The notes under the pieces: generated by a model
The model's database searches: none
What the model was told of the DNA's origin: nothing
Seen by the model: the letters and a program-made list of their open reading frames with translations, nothing else
Position numbers and translations under genes: made by a program
Shown here: piece by piece, positions 31,193-39,962 of the stretch
Layout: the number at the start of each line of letters is the position of its first letter
How positions within the stretch are numbered: position 1 is the first letter of the stretch
From: an uncultured Pelagibacteraceae bacterium
Lineage (GTDB): Bacteria > Pseudomonadota > Alphaproteobacteria > Pelagibacterales > Pelagibacteraceae
Length of the DNA stretch: 64,000 nucleotides
Direction: 5' to 3'
Assembly: GCA_902574035.1 (NCBI GenBank)
Contig: CACGMC010000003.1
Coordinates: 42,154 to 106,153, forward strand

Positions 31193-31840
31193 ATGAATAT
31201 AATAAATAGTTTTGATAAAATAAAACAGAATATAGAAGATAACAAGGTGAACAGCGAGACTGAAATTATCGCAGTTAGTAAAACTTTCCCTTTAGAGCAT
31301 ATAATACCCCTTATAGACCATGGTCACAAACATTTTGGTGAAAACAAAGTTCAAGAGGCTGAAAAAAAATGGAAAGAATTAAAAAAATCTAAAAATGATT
31401 TAAAACTCCATATGATAGGGAGATTACAATCTAATAAGGCCAAAAAGGCCATAGAACTTTTCGATTATATACATTCACTTGATAGTGAAAAATTAGCAAA
31501 TGAATTAAGTAAAAGACAAAAGGAAAAGGGTAAAAATTTAAATTATTTTATCCAGGTAAACCTAGGTTCAGAAGAACAAAAGGGAGGAGTAGAAATAACT
31601 AATTTAAAAAATTTTTATGAACATTGTGTAAAAAAACTTAATCTTTCTGTTCTAGGTCTAATGGCCATACCTCCCAATGATAATGAAACAGATAAACATT
31701 TTAAAAAAATATCTGAATTAAATAAGCAATTTAATTTTCAACACCTTAGTATAGGAATGTCTAATGATTATTTGAACGCCATCAAATATGGGGCTACGTA
31801 TGTCAGAATAGGTAGCGCAATTTTCGGTTCAAGAAATTAG
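31193..31840 (+). CDS. yggS: YggS-family pyridoxal-phosphate homeostasis protein
   Basis: 215 aa with IIAVSKTFP (PLP Lys) and HFGENKVQEA motifs. Confidence 0.9.
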   Translation: MNIINSFDKIKQNIEDNKVNSETEIIAVSKTFPLEHIIPLIDHGHKHFGENKVQEAEKKWKELKKSKNDLKLHMIGRLQSNKAKKAIELFDYIHSLDSEKLANELSKRQKEKGKNLNYFIQVNLGSEEQKGGVEITNLKNFYEHCVKKLNLSVLGLMAIPPNDNETDKHFKKISELNKQFNFQHLSIGMSNDYLNAIKYGATYVRIGSAIFGSRN

Positions 31841-32349
31841 ATTATTTTTAAAAAAGTATTTTTATCGATTTTTGAAACTAATTTTTTTAGATCATTTTTT
31901 GATACTGCTACGCAACCTAACGTAGGTGAATAGTTCTTAGTAGAAACATGTAAAAAAATTGCACTACCTTTCCCTTTTTTAGTTGGTTTTAGATTAAAAT
32001 CCAAAACGACGACAATGTCATAAATATTTATTTTAAGATACAATTTTTCAGCTTTATATTTAAATGGAAATTTTATTAATTTATTATAAGACTTTGATCT
32101 TATATCATCACACCAACCAAAATTTTTTTTTATAGGAATTAGTTTGAGTTTCGAGTGAATTTTTTTTATTCTTTCCTTTCTGAAAAAAATGTACTTTAGT
32201 TTAAAACGACCTCTTGGAGTACATTTATCCCCTTCTACTTTTTTACTTGTAATTCCTCTTTTACCAATGGCACATTTTATCTTATAGTCTTTAAAATAGA
32301 TAAATTTTTTTTTTAGTAATAAATTCATGGTTGATAAAAAAAATATCAT
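31837..32349 (-). CDS. L,D-transpeptidase (YkuD) catalytic-domain protein
   Basis: 170 aa. GSAIFLHVSTKNYSPTLGCVAV matches the YkuD His...Gly-Cys active-site motif. The start may be the Met at 32328. Confidence 0.7.
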   Translation of the reverse strand: MIFFLSTMNLLLKKKFIYFKDYKIKCAIGKRGITSKKVEGDKCTPRGRFKLKYIFFRKERIKKIHSKLKLIPIKKNFGWCDDIRSKSYNKLIKFPFKYKAEKLYLKINIYDIVVVLDFNLKPTKKGKGSAIFLHVSTKNYSPTLGCVAVSKNDLKKLVSKIDKNTFLKII

Positions 32350-32956
32350 TTTAGCATTTGGAAATAAAGAATTTAATAATTCTTTAACAGAGCTTAAAAA
32401 TCATTTTAGTTTTAATTTAGATACCATTAATGACCTTAATGACACCATTGATTTTGAACATTATAAAGGATTAATAATTCATGAGGACGCATTAAATCTA
32501 ATGAGTTTAAAAAAAACATTAAAAAATAAAAATATAAATAAGATTATCTTTCATAATTCTAAAAATATTAAAGGATTTGAGGAAATTGAAAAATTACAAT
32601 TGCCGGCATCTGTAGATCAAATAAATAAAGTCGTTGTTAACAATACTGTTAAAAAGGAATTTAAAATAAATTCTTCTTTAAAAATTAATAATTATCAATT
32701 AGACAAAAATTTAAGAAGATTAAATAAAAATAATTTGTCATTAGAGTTGACCGAAAAAGAAATAGAATTGATAGAACTTCTTTATAAAGAGCAATTTATT
32801 AAAAAAAATCAAATTTTATCTAAAATATGGAAGTATTCAAAAGATGCCGATACACACACTGTTGAAACACATATTTACAGACTCAGAAAAAAAATTAAAG
32901 AAGTGTTTAACGATGAAGTATTTATTAAAAGTGAAAAAAAAGGTTACACAATCTGA
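32327..32956 (+). CDS. OmpR/PhoB-type winged-helix regulator with a degenerate (pseudo-)receiver domain
   Basis: 209 aa. The C-terminal trans_reg_C pattern is LTEKEIELIELL...THTVETHIYRLRKKI. The N-terminal half has receiver-like length but lacks the acidic pair (FGNKE) and the conserved Thr and Lys. Confidence 0.7.
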   Translation: MVDKKNIILAFGNKEFNNSLTELKNHFSFNLDTINDLNDTIDFEHYKGLIIHEDALNLMSLKKTLKNKNINKIIFHNSKNIKGFEEIEKLQLPASVDQINKVVVNNTVKKEFKINSSLKINNYQLDKNLRRLNKNNLSLELTEKEIELIELLYKEQFIKKNQILSKIWKYSKDADTHTVETHIYRLRKKIKEVFNDEVFIKSEKKGYTI

Positions 32957-32985
32957 AAAAAAGAAATAAATTTGCAAAAGACTTA

Positions 32986-33081
32986 ATGACCCCAAAATAC
33001 CGATCAAGAATAGTTAAACCAAAAAAAGGAAAAGGAAGTTTTAAGAGAAAAAAGAAGAATAAGAATTCAGAATTTAATTAA
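32986..33081 (+). CDS. Unannotated small ORF with an ArfA-like KKGKGS motif (possible alternative ribosome-rescue factor)
   Basis: Hand translation from ATG 32986 gives MTPKYRSRIVKPKKGKGSFKRKKKNKNSEFN. The frame is open back to 32935. It resembles E. coli ArfA ...[21 protein letters not shown]... (recalled from memory). It fills the gap to the convergent kinase gene exactly. Confidence 0.4.
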   Translation: MTPKYRSRIVKPKKGKGSFKRKKKNKNSEFN

Positions 33082-34011
33082 TTATTGCAATCTTGCACCA
33101 ACTTGCTGAATAATTTTTGAGGAAAGTTCTGTTCCTTTTTCTAAACTTTCTTTCAAAGATAAATTATTCACGTACCCATGTAAAAAACCAGCAGCAAATA
33201 AGTCCCCTGCTCCTGTAAGATCTTTAATTTTTAAATTTTTTTTAGCACTACATTCCATAATTTGATCATTTTGGATTGCCACAGCACCATTCTCACCTCT
33301 AGTTATTACTACTAATTTCTTTATATTTCTTGCAAATGCTACAACATCTTCAAAAGTTTTTGCTCCTATTAAAGCATAAACCTCCTGCTCATTTGCAAAG
33401 GTAATATCTAATTTGTTTTGAACTAAATCTAAGAAGTAATTTTTATGCCTCTCAACACAAAATAAATCAGAAAGAGACATGGCTGATTGTGATGAATTAC
33501 TTATCGCTTTATTAAACGCTTTTTGTGGATCACCTTTGTCCCATAAATATCCCTCAAGAAAAGTAATTTGACTTTCTTTAACTATTTTTTCATCAATATC
33601 ATTTTCGTTAATGTTTCCTGCAGTACCTAGAAAAGTACACATTGTTCTCTCTGAGTCTGGTGTTATTAAAATTAAACAAGTCCCAGTAGCTATTTTTTCT
33701 GACTTAATACTGTAATGATACTTAACTTTTTCTTTTTCAAGTCCTTCCAAATATTTTCTTCCTAAATCATCATCGTTTACTTTACCTATAAATCCTACTT
33801 TATTGCCAAGCTGTGAAAGTCCAACAATAGAATTAGCTACTGACCCGCCAGATATAGTCTTTTCAATCTTTAAATTTTTAAGTAGTTTTTTAAATTCTTT
33901 TTCATCAACCAACTTCATTGTACTTTTAGCAAGACTATTCTCTGCCAAAAAGCTGTCACTAACTTTACATATAACGTCTACTATCGCGTTCCCAATTCCT
34001 AAAATTTTCAT
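33082..34011 (-). CDS. PfkB-family carbohydrate/adenosine kinase
   Basis: Start trimmed to MKILGIGNAIVD at 34011, which leaves one nt after the nth stop at 34013. C-terminal GAGDLFAAGFL ATP-binding motif. Confidence 0.85.
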   Translation of the reverse strand: MKILGIGNAIVDVICKVSDSFLAENSLAKSTMKLVDEKEFKKLLKNLKIEKTISGGSVANSIVGLSQLGNKVGFIGKVNDDDLGRKYLEGLEKEKVKYHYSIKSEKIATGTCLILITPDSERTMCTFLGTAGNINENDIDEKIVKESQITFLEGYLWDKGDPQKAFNKAISNSSQSAMSLSDLFCVERHKNYFLDLVQNKLDITFANEQEVYALIGAKTFEDVVAFARNIKKLVVITRGENGAVAIQNDQIMECSAKKNLKIKDLTGAGDLFAAGFLHGYVNNLSLKESLEKGTELSSKIIQQVGARLQ

Positions 34012-34012
34012 A

Positions 34013-34666
34013 TCAAGCTTTCTTTGCAATAAATTTCTTTCTTCTATTTGGGTAACAGCTTTTACAAATTTTGCAAGTCAAACCAAAACAATCTCTTGCT
34101 TTACAGTACTCCCTGCCATACCAAATAATTTGAAGATGAAGTTTATTCCAATATTTTTTTGGAAATACAGCCTTCAAATCCTTTTCAGTTTGCACTACAT
34201 TTTTACCATTGGTTAGACCCCATCTTTGAGCCAATCTATGAATATGAGTGTCCACAGGAAATGCAGGATACCCAAATCCTTGAGACATAACAACACTCGC
34301 GGTTTTATGCCCAACACCTGGCAGCTTTTCAAGTTCCTCATAAGTGTCTGGGACTTTTCCATTGTATTTTTCTATCAAGGTCTTAGAGAGAAAATAAATA
34401 CTTTTTGCTTTGACTCTAAAAATTCCTATTTTTTTAATTAAATTTTCGATTTTTTTTCTACCTAATTTTACAAAGTGATCTGGTTTATTATATTTTGGAT
34501 AAATATTTTTTGTGACATTGTTTACATTTACATCTGTACATTGCGCTGAAAGCAGGACAGAAATTAAAAGAGTGAATTTATTTCTATAATTAAGAGGAAT
34601 AGGTACTTTGGGATAAGCTTGATTTAAAATTTTTTGTATAATTTTTGATTTTTGAAAATTTTTCAC
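34013..34666 (-). CDS. nth: Endonuclease III
   Basis: 217 aa with LLSAQCTD, HhH-GPD LPGVGHKTA and a C-terminal 4-Cys Fe-S cluster loop. Confidence 0.95.
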   Translation of the reverse strand: MKNFQKSKIIQKILNQAYPKVPIPLNYRNKFTLLISVLLSAQCTDVNVNNVTKNIYPKYNKPDHFVKLGRKKIENLIKKIGIFRVKAKSIYFLSKTLIEKYNGKVPDTYEELEKLPGVGHKTASVVMSQGFGYPAFPVDTHIHRLAQRWGLTNGKNVVQTEKDLKAVFPKKYWNKLHLQIIWYGREYCKARDCFGLTCKICKSCYPNRRKKFIAKKA

Positions 34667-35439
34667 TTAAAATTTAATAAATCTCTCATAGAATAAAGGC
34701 CTGGTTTTTTTTGCATCAACCACTTCGAAGCAGCTAAAGCTCCATCCGAATATAAAGATCTGTCGAATGATTCATGTCTCAGTGATAATATTTCTTTTTT
34801 ATTCGAAAATTGTACTTTATGTTGACCGATAACCTCTCCTTTTCTTACAGAATAAATATTAATTTTTTTTCCATATGGGTAATCTTTTGCATTTAATAAT
34901 TGCTTTCCAATCAAATTTTTTAATTTTTTTTTCTTACCAATTGCAACTCCTTCTGCAAGCATTAAAGCTGTCCCTGAGGGGTAATCTTTCTTGTGCTTAT
35001 GATGAACCTCATATACTTTAGTTAGAAACTTCTCATCTAAGGATCTAGAAGTTATTTCTGTTATATACATAAGCAAATTCACTCCAATGCTCATATTGCC
35101 TGCTTTCAAAATTGGTATTTTTTTAGAATATTTTTTTATTTTGTCCTCTTCTCTTTTGGAAAAACCAGTAGTACCTATCACAACTCTTTTTTTTAACTCT
35201 GATGCTATTTTAAGAACTTGGAGAGTGCATTTAGGGACCGTAAAATCTATTATAACGTTTACATTTTTGAAAGCCCCTATAGAGTTAAGACTTGGTTTAA
35301 TCCCTGATATTTTTTTTGATATTTCTTTACTCTCTGTAAGTGAAACAAGATTGAAATCTTTATTTTTTTTGGAAGATTTAATGAGTTGTTGACCCATTCT
35401 ACCAAGACAGCCAGTTATAGCAATATTGATTCTTTTCAT
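34663..35439 (-). CDS. dapB: 4-hydroxy-tetrahydrodipicolinate reductase
   Basis: 258 aa with NAD-binding IAITGCLGRMG and the HHKHKKDYPSGTA motif. Confidence 0.93.
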   Translation of the reverse strand: MKRINIAITGCLGRMGQQLIKSSKKNKDFNLVSLTESKEISKKISGIKPSLNSIGAFKNVNVIIDFTVPKCTLQVLKIASELKKRVVIGTTGFSKREEDKIKKYSKKIPILKAGNMSIGVNLLMYITEITSRSLDEKFLTKVYEVHHKHKKDYPSGTALMLAEGVAIGKKKKLKNLIGKQLLNAKDYPYGKKINIYSVRKGEVIGQHKVQFSNKKEILSLRHESFDRSLYSDGALAASKWLMQKKPGLYSMRDLLNFK

Positions 35440-35443
35440 TATA

Positions 35444-35605
35444 TTATAAGTTTATAATTACAACAATAATTAGGACAATTATAGCCCAAATAGAAATATT
35501 TTGAATCAATAGTTTAAGTTTGTTGTTAGTATTTAAGAATGAGGGAAGAATTAAAAATAATACTGCTAAAAGAAATATAGCAGACATAATCTCTTGCATA
35601 ACCAT
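35444..35605 (-). CDS. Unannotated small membrane protein (53 aa, two predicted TM helices)
   Basis: Codon-by-codon hand translation gives MVMQEIMSAIFLLAVLFLILPSFLNTNNKLKLLIQNISIWAIIVLIIVVIINL. It starts 6 nt after the dnaJ stop and ends 4 nt before the dapB start. Confidence 0.45.
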   Translation of the reverse strand: MVMQEIMSAIFLLAVLFLILPSFLNTNNKLKLLIQNISIWAIIVLIIVVIINL

Positions 35606-35611
35606 AGAATA

Positions 35612-36739
35612 TTAAGAATTTTTCCAAAATTTTTTTGCTCTATCAAAAAAGCTTTTAATAATGGGACTTGATTTTTCAGACTCAATTTTTCTAAATTCTT
35701 CTAAAAGTTCCTTTTGTTTGGTATTTAAGCTTGAAGGGACCTCCGTAATAATTTTGATGTATAAGTCGCCATAACCACTTCCTCTTAATAGCGGCATCCC
35801 CTTTCCTCTTAACCTTAGTTGTTTTCCGTGTTGAGTTCCTGCAGGAATTTTAATTTTAGCTTTTCCACCATCTATTGAGGGCACTTCAACAGAAGATCCC
35901 AATGCCGCATCAGTAAATGTGATAGGAAGTTCAAAATATAAGTGTTCATCGGATCTTTTAAAAATACTGTGATTTTCTATAGATATAAATAGATATAAAT
36001 CTCCAGTAGACCCTCCTTTGCTCCCTGCTTCTCCTTTGCCCGAAACTCTTATTCTAGTCCCATCATCAACTCCCTTTGGAATTTTAACAGATACACTTTC
36101 TTTACTTTGTATTTTACCATTACCATTGCACTGTTTACATGGATTGCTAATAGTTTCACCATATCCACTACACTCTGGACATGTCTGCTGAATTGTAAAA
36201 AAACCTTGATTTGATCTCACTTTACCTCTTCCATTACAAAATTGACATGTTACTGGTTTTGAACCAGGCTCAGAACCATGTCCCGTGCATCTTGAGCATT
36301 TTTTGTAAGTGCTATAATTTACTTTTTTATTTAAGCCCGAATAAGCTTCCTCAAGACTAATGGTTACATCATATCTTAAATCATTACCTCTATTAGAAGA
36401 TCTTCTTCCAGAACGTCTTCCACCACCAAAAACATCATCACCGAAAAAATCTTCAAAAATATCTGAAAACGACGATCCAAAATCGAAATTCCCAAAACCT
36501 TGACCGCCTCCGCCCTCGAAAGCTGCGTGACCAAATTGATCGTAATTAGTTTTTCTTTTATCGTCAGACAACACATGATAGGCTTCGCTAGCTTCTTTAA
36601 ATTTATCTTCTGAAGTTTTGTCGCCTTTATTTTTATCGGGGTGATATTTAAGTGCTAACTTACGATAAGCTTTTTTAATTTCATCCTTAGAAGCGGATTT
36701 AGATACACCTAAGATTTCATAATAATCTCTTTTTGCCAC
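35612..36739 (-). CDS. dnaJ: Chaperone DnaJ
   Basis: 375 aa with J-domain DYYEILGV...HPD, a G/F region and four CxxCxGxG repeats. Confidence 0.97.
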   Translation of the reverse strand: MAKRDYYEILGVSKSASKDEIKKAYRKLALKYHPDKNKGDKTSEDKFKEASEAYHVLSDDKRKTNYDQFGHAAFEGGGGQGFGNFDFGSSFSDIFEDFFGDDVFGGGRRSGRRSSNRGNDLRYDVTISLEEAYSGLNKKVNYSTYKKCSRCTGHGSEPGSKPVTCQFCNGRGKVRSNQGFFTIQQTCPECSGYGETISNPCKQCNGNGKIQSKESVSVKIPKGVDDGTRIRVSGKGEAGSKGGSTGDLYLFISIENHSIFKRSDEHLYFELPITFTDAALGSSVEVPSIDGGKAKIKIPAGTQHGKQLRLRGKGMPLLRGSGYGDLYIKIITEVPSSLNTKQKELLEEFRKIESEKSSPIIKSFFDRAKKFWKNS

Positions 36740-36762
36740 AAGAAATTGCTCCTTTTTTTATC

Positions 36763-38688
36763 TTAGGCGCTTTTTTCTTTATCTTCTTTTACGTCTTCAA
36801 AGTCAGCATCAACTACATTTTCTTTGTCATTGCCTTTATCTTTAGGATCTTTATTGTTTTTGTCGTCCTTTGGCTGATCTTTTTGTTGGCTCTTATAGAC
36901 AGCCTCACCAAGTTTCATAGAAACCTGTATAAGATTTTGTGTTTTTTTCTTTATGTCTTCAGTGTCTGTGCCTTTCAAAGATTCTTTTAGATCTGCAACG
37001 CCGTTTTCTATTGCTTTTTTTTCTTCGGCTGAGATCTTATCTCCATGTTCTTTCAAACTTTTCTCTGTGGAAAAAACTATACTGTCTGCCTGGTTTCTAG
37101 CATCAACACCCTCTCGTTTCTTTTTATCAGCTTCTTTATTAGCTTCAGCGTCTTTAACCATCTTATTTATTTCTTCATCTGATAAACCACCTGAGGCTTG
37201 AATTTGTATTTTTTGTTCTTTACCAGTGCCTTTGTCTTTTGCTGAAACGCTAACTATACCATTAGCATCAATATCAAAAGTTACCTCAATTTGAGGAGTT
37301 CCCCTTGCGGCTGGAGGTATACCAACCAATTCAAAATTTCCTAAAAGCTTATTGTCAGCTGCCATCTCTCTTTCGCCTTGCAAAACTCTTATAGAAACCG
37401 CTGGTTGATTATCTTCTGCGGTCGAAAATACTTGACTCTTCTTAGTAGGAATAGTCGTATTTTTATCTATTAATTTTGTAGAAACCCCACCCAAAGTTTC
37501 AATTCCTAGAGATAACGGGGTTACATCTAAAAGCAATACGTCCTTAACATCACCTTGAAGTACACCAGCTTGAATAGCTGCACCCATCGCAACAACTTCA
37601 TCTGGATTTACGCTTTTGTTGGGTTCTTTTCCAAAAAAGTTTTTAACCATTTCGATAATCTTTGGCATTCTAGTCATCCCACCAACTAAAACTACTTCGT
37701 TAATTTCAGCTGCAGAAAAACCAGAGTCCTTCAAAGCTGTTTTACAAGGACTTAAAGTCCTCTCTATCAAAGATTGAACTAATGCTTCTAACTTTGCTCT
37801 AGTAAATTTTAGATTTAAATGTTTTGGACCCGATTTGTCAGCGGTAATAAAGGGCAAATTAATTTCAGTTTGTGTTGCTGATGAAAGCTCAATTTTTGCT
37901 TTTTCAGCTGCCTCTTTTAATCTTTGTAGCGCCAGTTTATCCGATTTTAAATCGATTCCATTATCTTTCTTAAATTCATTAACCAAATACTCAACAATAG
38001 TATCATCAAAATCTTCACCACCTAAAAAAGTATCTCCATTAGTTGATTTAACTTCAAAAACACCATCACCAATTTCTAAAATTGAGACATCAAATGTACC
38101 TCCACCTAAGTCATAAACTGCTATTTTCTTTCCACCTTTTTTATCTAAACCATAAGCCAGTGAAGCTGCCGTCGGTTCATTTATAATTCTTAAAACTTCT
38201 AATCCTGCTATTTTACCAGCATCTTTTGTTGCCTGTCTTTGAGAGTCATTAAAATAAGCAGGAACAGTTATAACTGCTTTTGTAACTGCTTGACCTAAAT
38301 ATTTTTCAGCCGTTTCTTTCATTTTTTGAAGAACAAATGCTGAGATTTGCGCAGGTGAGTATTTTTTACTTTTGCCTTCTACCCAAGCATCACCATTATC
38401 AGATTTAACTATTTTATAAGGAACTTTAGAAATATCTTTTTGAACTGAAGTTCCTTCAAATTTTCTACCTATTAGTCTTTTTACAGCAAATATTGTATCC
38501 TCAGGGTTCGTAACCGCTTGTCTTTTTGCAGGCTGACCGACTAATTTTTCATCTTTTTCTAAAAAAGCGACTACAGAGGGGGTAGTTCTCGCACCCTCCG
38601 CGTTCTCTAGAACTTTAGCTTGTGCACCATCCATTATAGCTACACAAGAATTTGTTGTTCCTAAATCTATTCCAATTACTCTACTCAT
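36763..38688 (-). CDS. dnaK: Chaperone DnaK (Hsp70)
   Basis: 641 aa with [10 protein letters not shown] and DLGGGTFD signatures. RBS AAAGGAG precedes the start. Confidence 0.98.
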   Translation of the reverse strand: MSRVIGIDLGTTNSCVAIMDGAQAKVLENAEGARTTPSVVAFLEKDEKLVGQPAKRQAVTNPEDTIFAVKRLIGRKFEGTSVQKDISKVPYKIVKSDNGDAWVEGKSKKYSPAQISAFVLQKMKETAEKYLGQAVTKAVITVPAYFNDSQRQATKDAGKIAGLEVLRIINEPTAASLAYGLDKKGGKKIAVYDLGGGTFDVSILEIGDGVFEVKSTNGDTFLGGEDFDDTIVEYLVNEFKKDNGIDLKSDKLALQRLKEAAEKAKIELSSATQTEINLPFITADKSGPKHLNLKFTRAKLEALVQSLIERTLSPCKTALKDSGFSAAEINEVVLVGGMTRMPKIIEMVKNFFGKEPNKSVNPDEVVAMGAAIQAGVLQGDVKDVLLLDVTPLSLGIETLGGVSTKLIDKNTTIPTKKSQVFSTAEDNQPAVSIRVLQGEREMAADNKLLGNFELVGIPPAARGTPQIEVTFDIDANGIVSVSAKDKGTGKEQKIQIQASGGLSDEEINKMVKDAEANKEADKKKREGVDARNQADSIVFSTEKSLKEHGDKISAEEKKAIENGVADLKESLKGTDTEDIKKKTQNLIQVSMKLGEAVYKSQQKDQPKDDKNNKDPKDKGNDKENVVDADFEDVKEDKEKSA

Positions 38689-38708
38689 GTTCTCCTTTTA
38701 TTGATACC

Positions 38709-38738
38709 TATATGGGGTCTAAATAATATTCTACAAGG
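38709..38738 (-). promoter_or_regulatory. sigma32 (RpoH)-type heat-shock promoter of dnaKJ
   Basis: The minus strand reads CCTTGTAG-N13-CCCCATATA (14 nt between CTTGTA and CCCCAT). This is close to CCCTTGAA / CCCCATNTA. It lies 20 nt upstream of the dnaK ATG. Confidence 0.6.
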
Positions 38739-38748
38739 CGTTTTTTTA

Positions 38749-39318
38749 TTAATTTTCGTCATATTTGCCTACTTTTTTCTTTGAAATTCCCACAAACGAG
38801 GGTCTTAATAATCTATCTCCAAACATAAAACCTGGCTGTATCTCTTGCACAATAGTACCTGGCTTTACCTTGTCATCTTCAATTTCTAACATGGCCTGGT
38901 GAAAATTAGGATCAAACATTTTATTGATGCAACTAATCCTAATAATTTTATTTTTTTCAAAAGTAGAAATTAAATCCTTTTCAATGATTTCTATATTATT
39001 AAGAAATTTTTCAAACTCCTTGCTTTTTTTTAAAGTCTCATCCTCTTGAATAGATTTTTTCGCTCTCTGTAGATTATCTAATAAAGCTAACATTTCCCTT
39101 GCAAAGTTAAATCCACCAAACTCAAAAGCATCTTTTATCTCTTTTTCGAATCTTCGTCTTTGATTTTCTGAATCTGCTAGAGCTCTTAAGAGTTTTTCCT
39201 CTGAGGCTTTTAGCTTTTCTTTGATTGTAGGTTCGACAACCTGTTCTTCAGACACCTTTTTAGGTGAAGACTCATTATCTTCTTTATTTATTTTTTCGCC
39301 TTTGCTAGATTCACTCAT
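38749..39318 (-). CDS. grpE: Nucleotide exchange factor GrpE
   Basis: Start trimmed to MSESSKGEK at 39318. Shows LRALADSENQRRR and the GrpE C-terminal beta domain. Confidence 0.92.
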   Translation of the reverse strand: MSESSKGEKINKEDNESSPKKVSEEQVVEPTIKEKLKASEEKLLRALADSENQRRRFEKEIKDAFEFGGFNFAREMLALLDNLQRAKKSIQEDETLKKSKEFEKFLNNIEIIEKDLISTFEKNKIIRISCINKMFDPNFHQAMLEIEDDKVKPGTIVQEIQPGFMFGDRLLRPSFVGISKKKVGKYDEN

Positions 39319-39362
39319 ATAATTTGCTATATAATAGCGAAAAAAATAATTACCAGTGTTTA

Positions 39363-39962
39363 ATGAAAAAAAACTATTTATTGTTGATTGGCACACATAA
39401 TAACGGAAAATTTAAAGAAATTAGCAAATTAATAAGTAAAAAAATAAAGAAAATTTCACCAAAAAGTTTACAAATAAAGGCACCTAAAGAAACCGGTAAA
39501 TCATTTAAATCAAATTCAGAACTAAAAGCTAATTTTTTTTTTAAAAAGTCAAAATTAATTTCACTTTCAGACGACTCCGGGCTTGAAATATTTGCATTAA
39601 ATAAGAAACCTGGAATTTACTCTGCAAGATGGGCTAAAAAAAGTGGAAGTTTTAAAAAAGCAATGTTGAATATTTTAAAAAAAATTAAGTATAAAAAAAA
39701 TAGGAAAGCAAGATTTATATGCAGCTTGTCAATAAAACTAAATAATACAAAAACTATCACCTCAATCGGAGTTATAAATGGATATATATCTCACAAAATT
39801 TTGGGTAAAAAGGGATTTGGGTATGACCCAATTTTTATTCCTAGTAGATCTAAATTAACATTTGGACAAATAAGCAGATCCAAAAAAATGAAAATAGATC
39901 ATAGAAGTATAGCTTTCAAAAAACTTAAAAAAAAATTAAAACTTAATAAATTTTTTATCTGA
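39363..39962 (+). CDS. rdgB: Non-canonical purine NTP pyrophosphatase (RdgB/HAM1)
   Basis: Start trimmed to MKKNYLLLIGTHNNGK at 39363. Shows DDSGLE and FGYDPIF motifs. Confidence 0.88.
   Translation: MKKNYLLLIGTHNNGKFKEISKLISKKIKKISPKSLQIKAPKETGKSFKSNSELKANFFFKKSKLISLSDDSGLEIFALNKKPGIYSARWAKKSGSFKKAMLNILKKIKYKKNRKARFICSLSIKLNNTKTITSIGVINGYISHKILGKKGFGYDPIFIPSRSKLTFGQISRSKKMKIDHRSIAFKKLKKKLKLNKFFI

Noticed and set aside
32930-32956. Possible programmed -1 frameshift on the A8 run (G-AAA-AAA-AGG) that would fuse the regulator to the ArfA-like frame
   Set aside because: The geometry works: the ArfA-like frame is -1 relative to the regulator and the run resembles an A-AAA-AAA slippery site. However, A-runs are ubiquitous in this genome and no downstream stimulatory structure is visible. 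A DNA-binding regulator fused to a ribosome-channel peptide has no obvious rationale. It is kept only as a note under the ArfA-like finding.
36733-36990. 85-aa very hydrophobic plus-strand ORF spanning the dnaJ start and dnaK 3' end
   Set aside because: It is antisense to the Lys/Asp-rich tail of dnaK, whose complement yields Phe/Ile/Leu runs. It has no RBS and no independent spacer.
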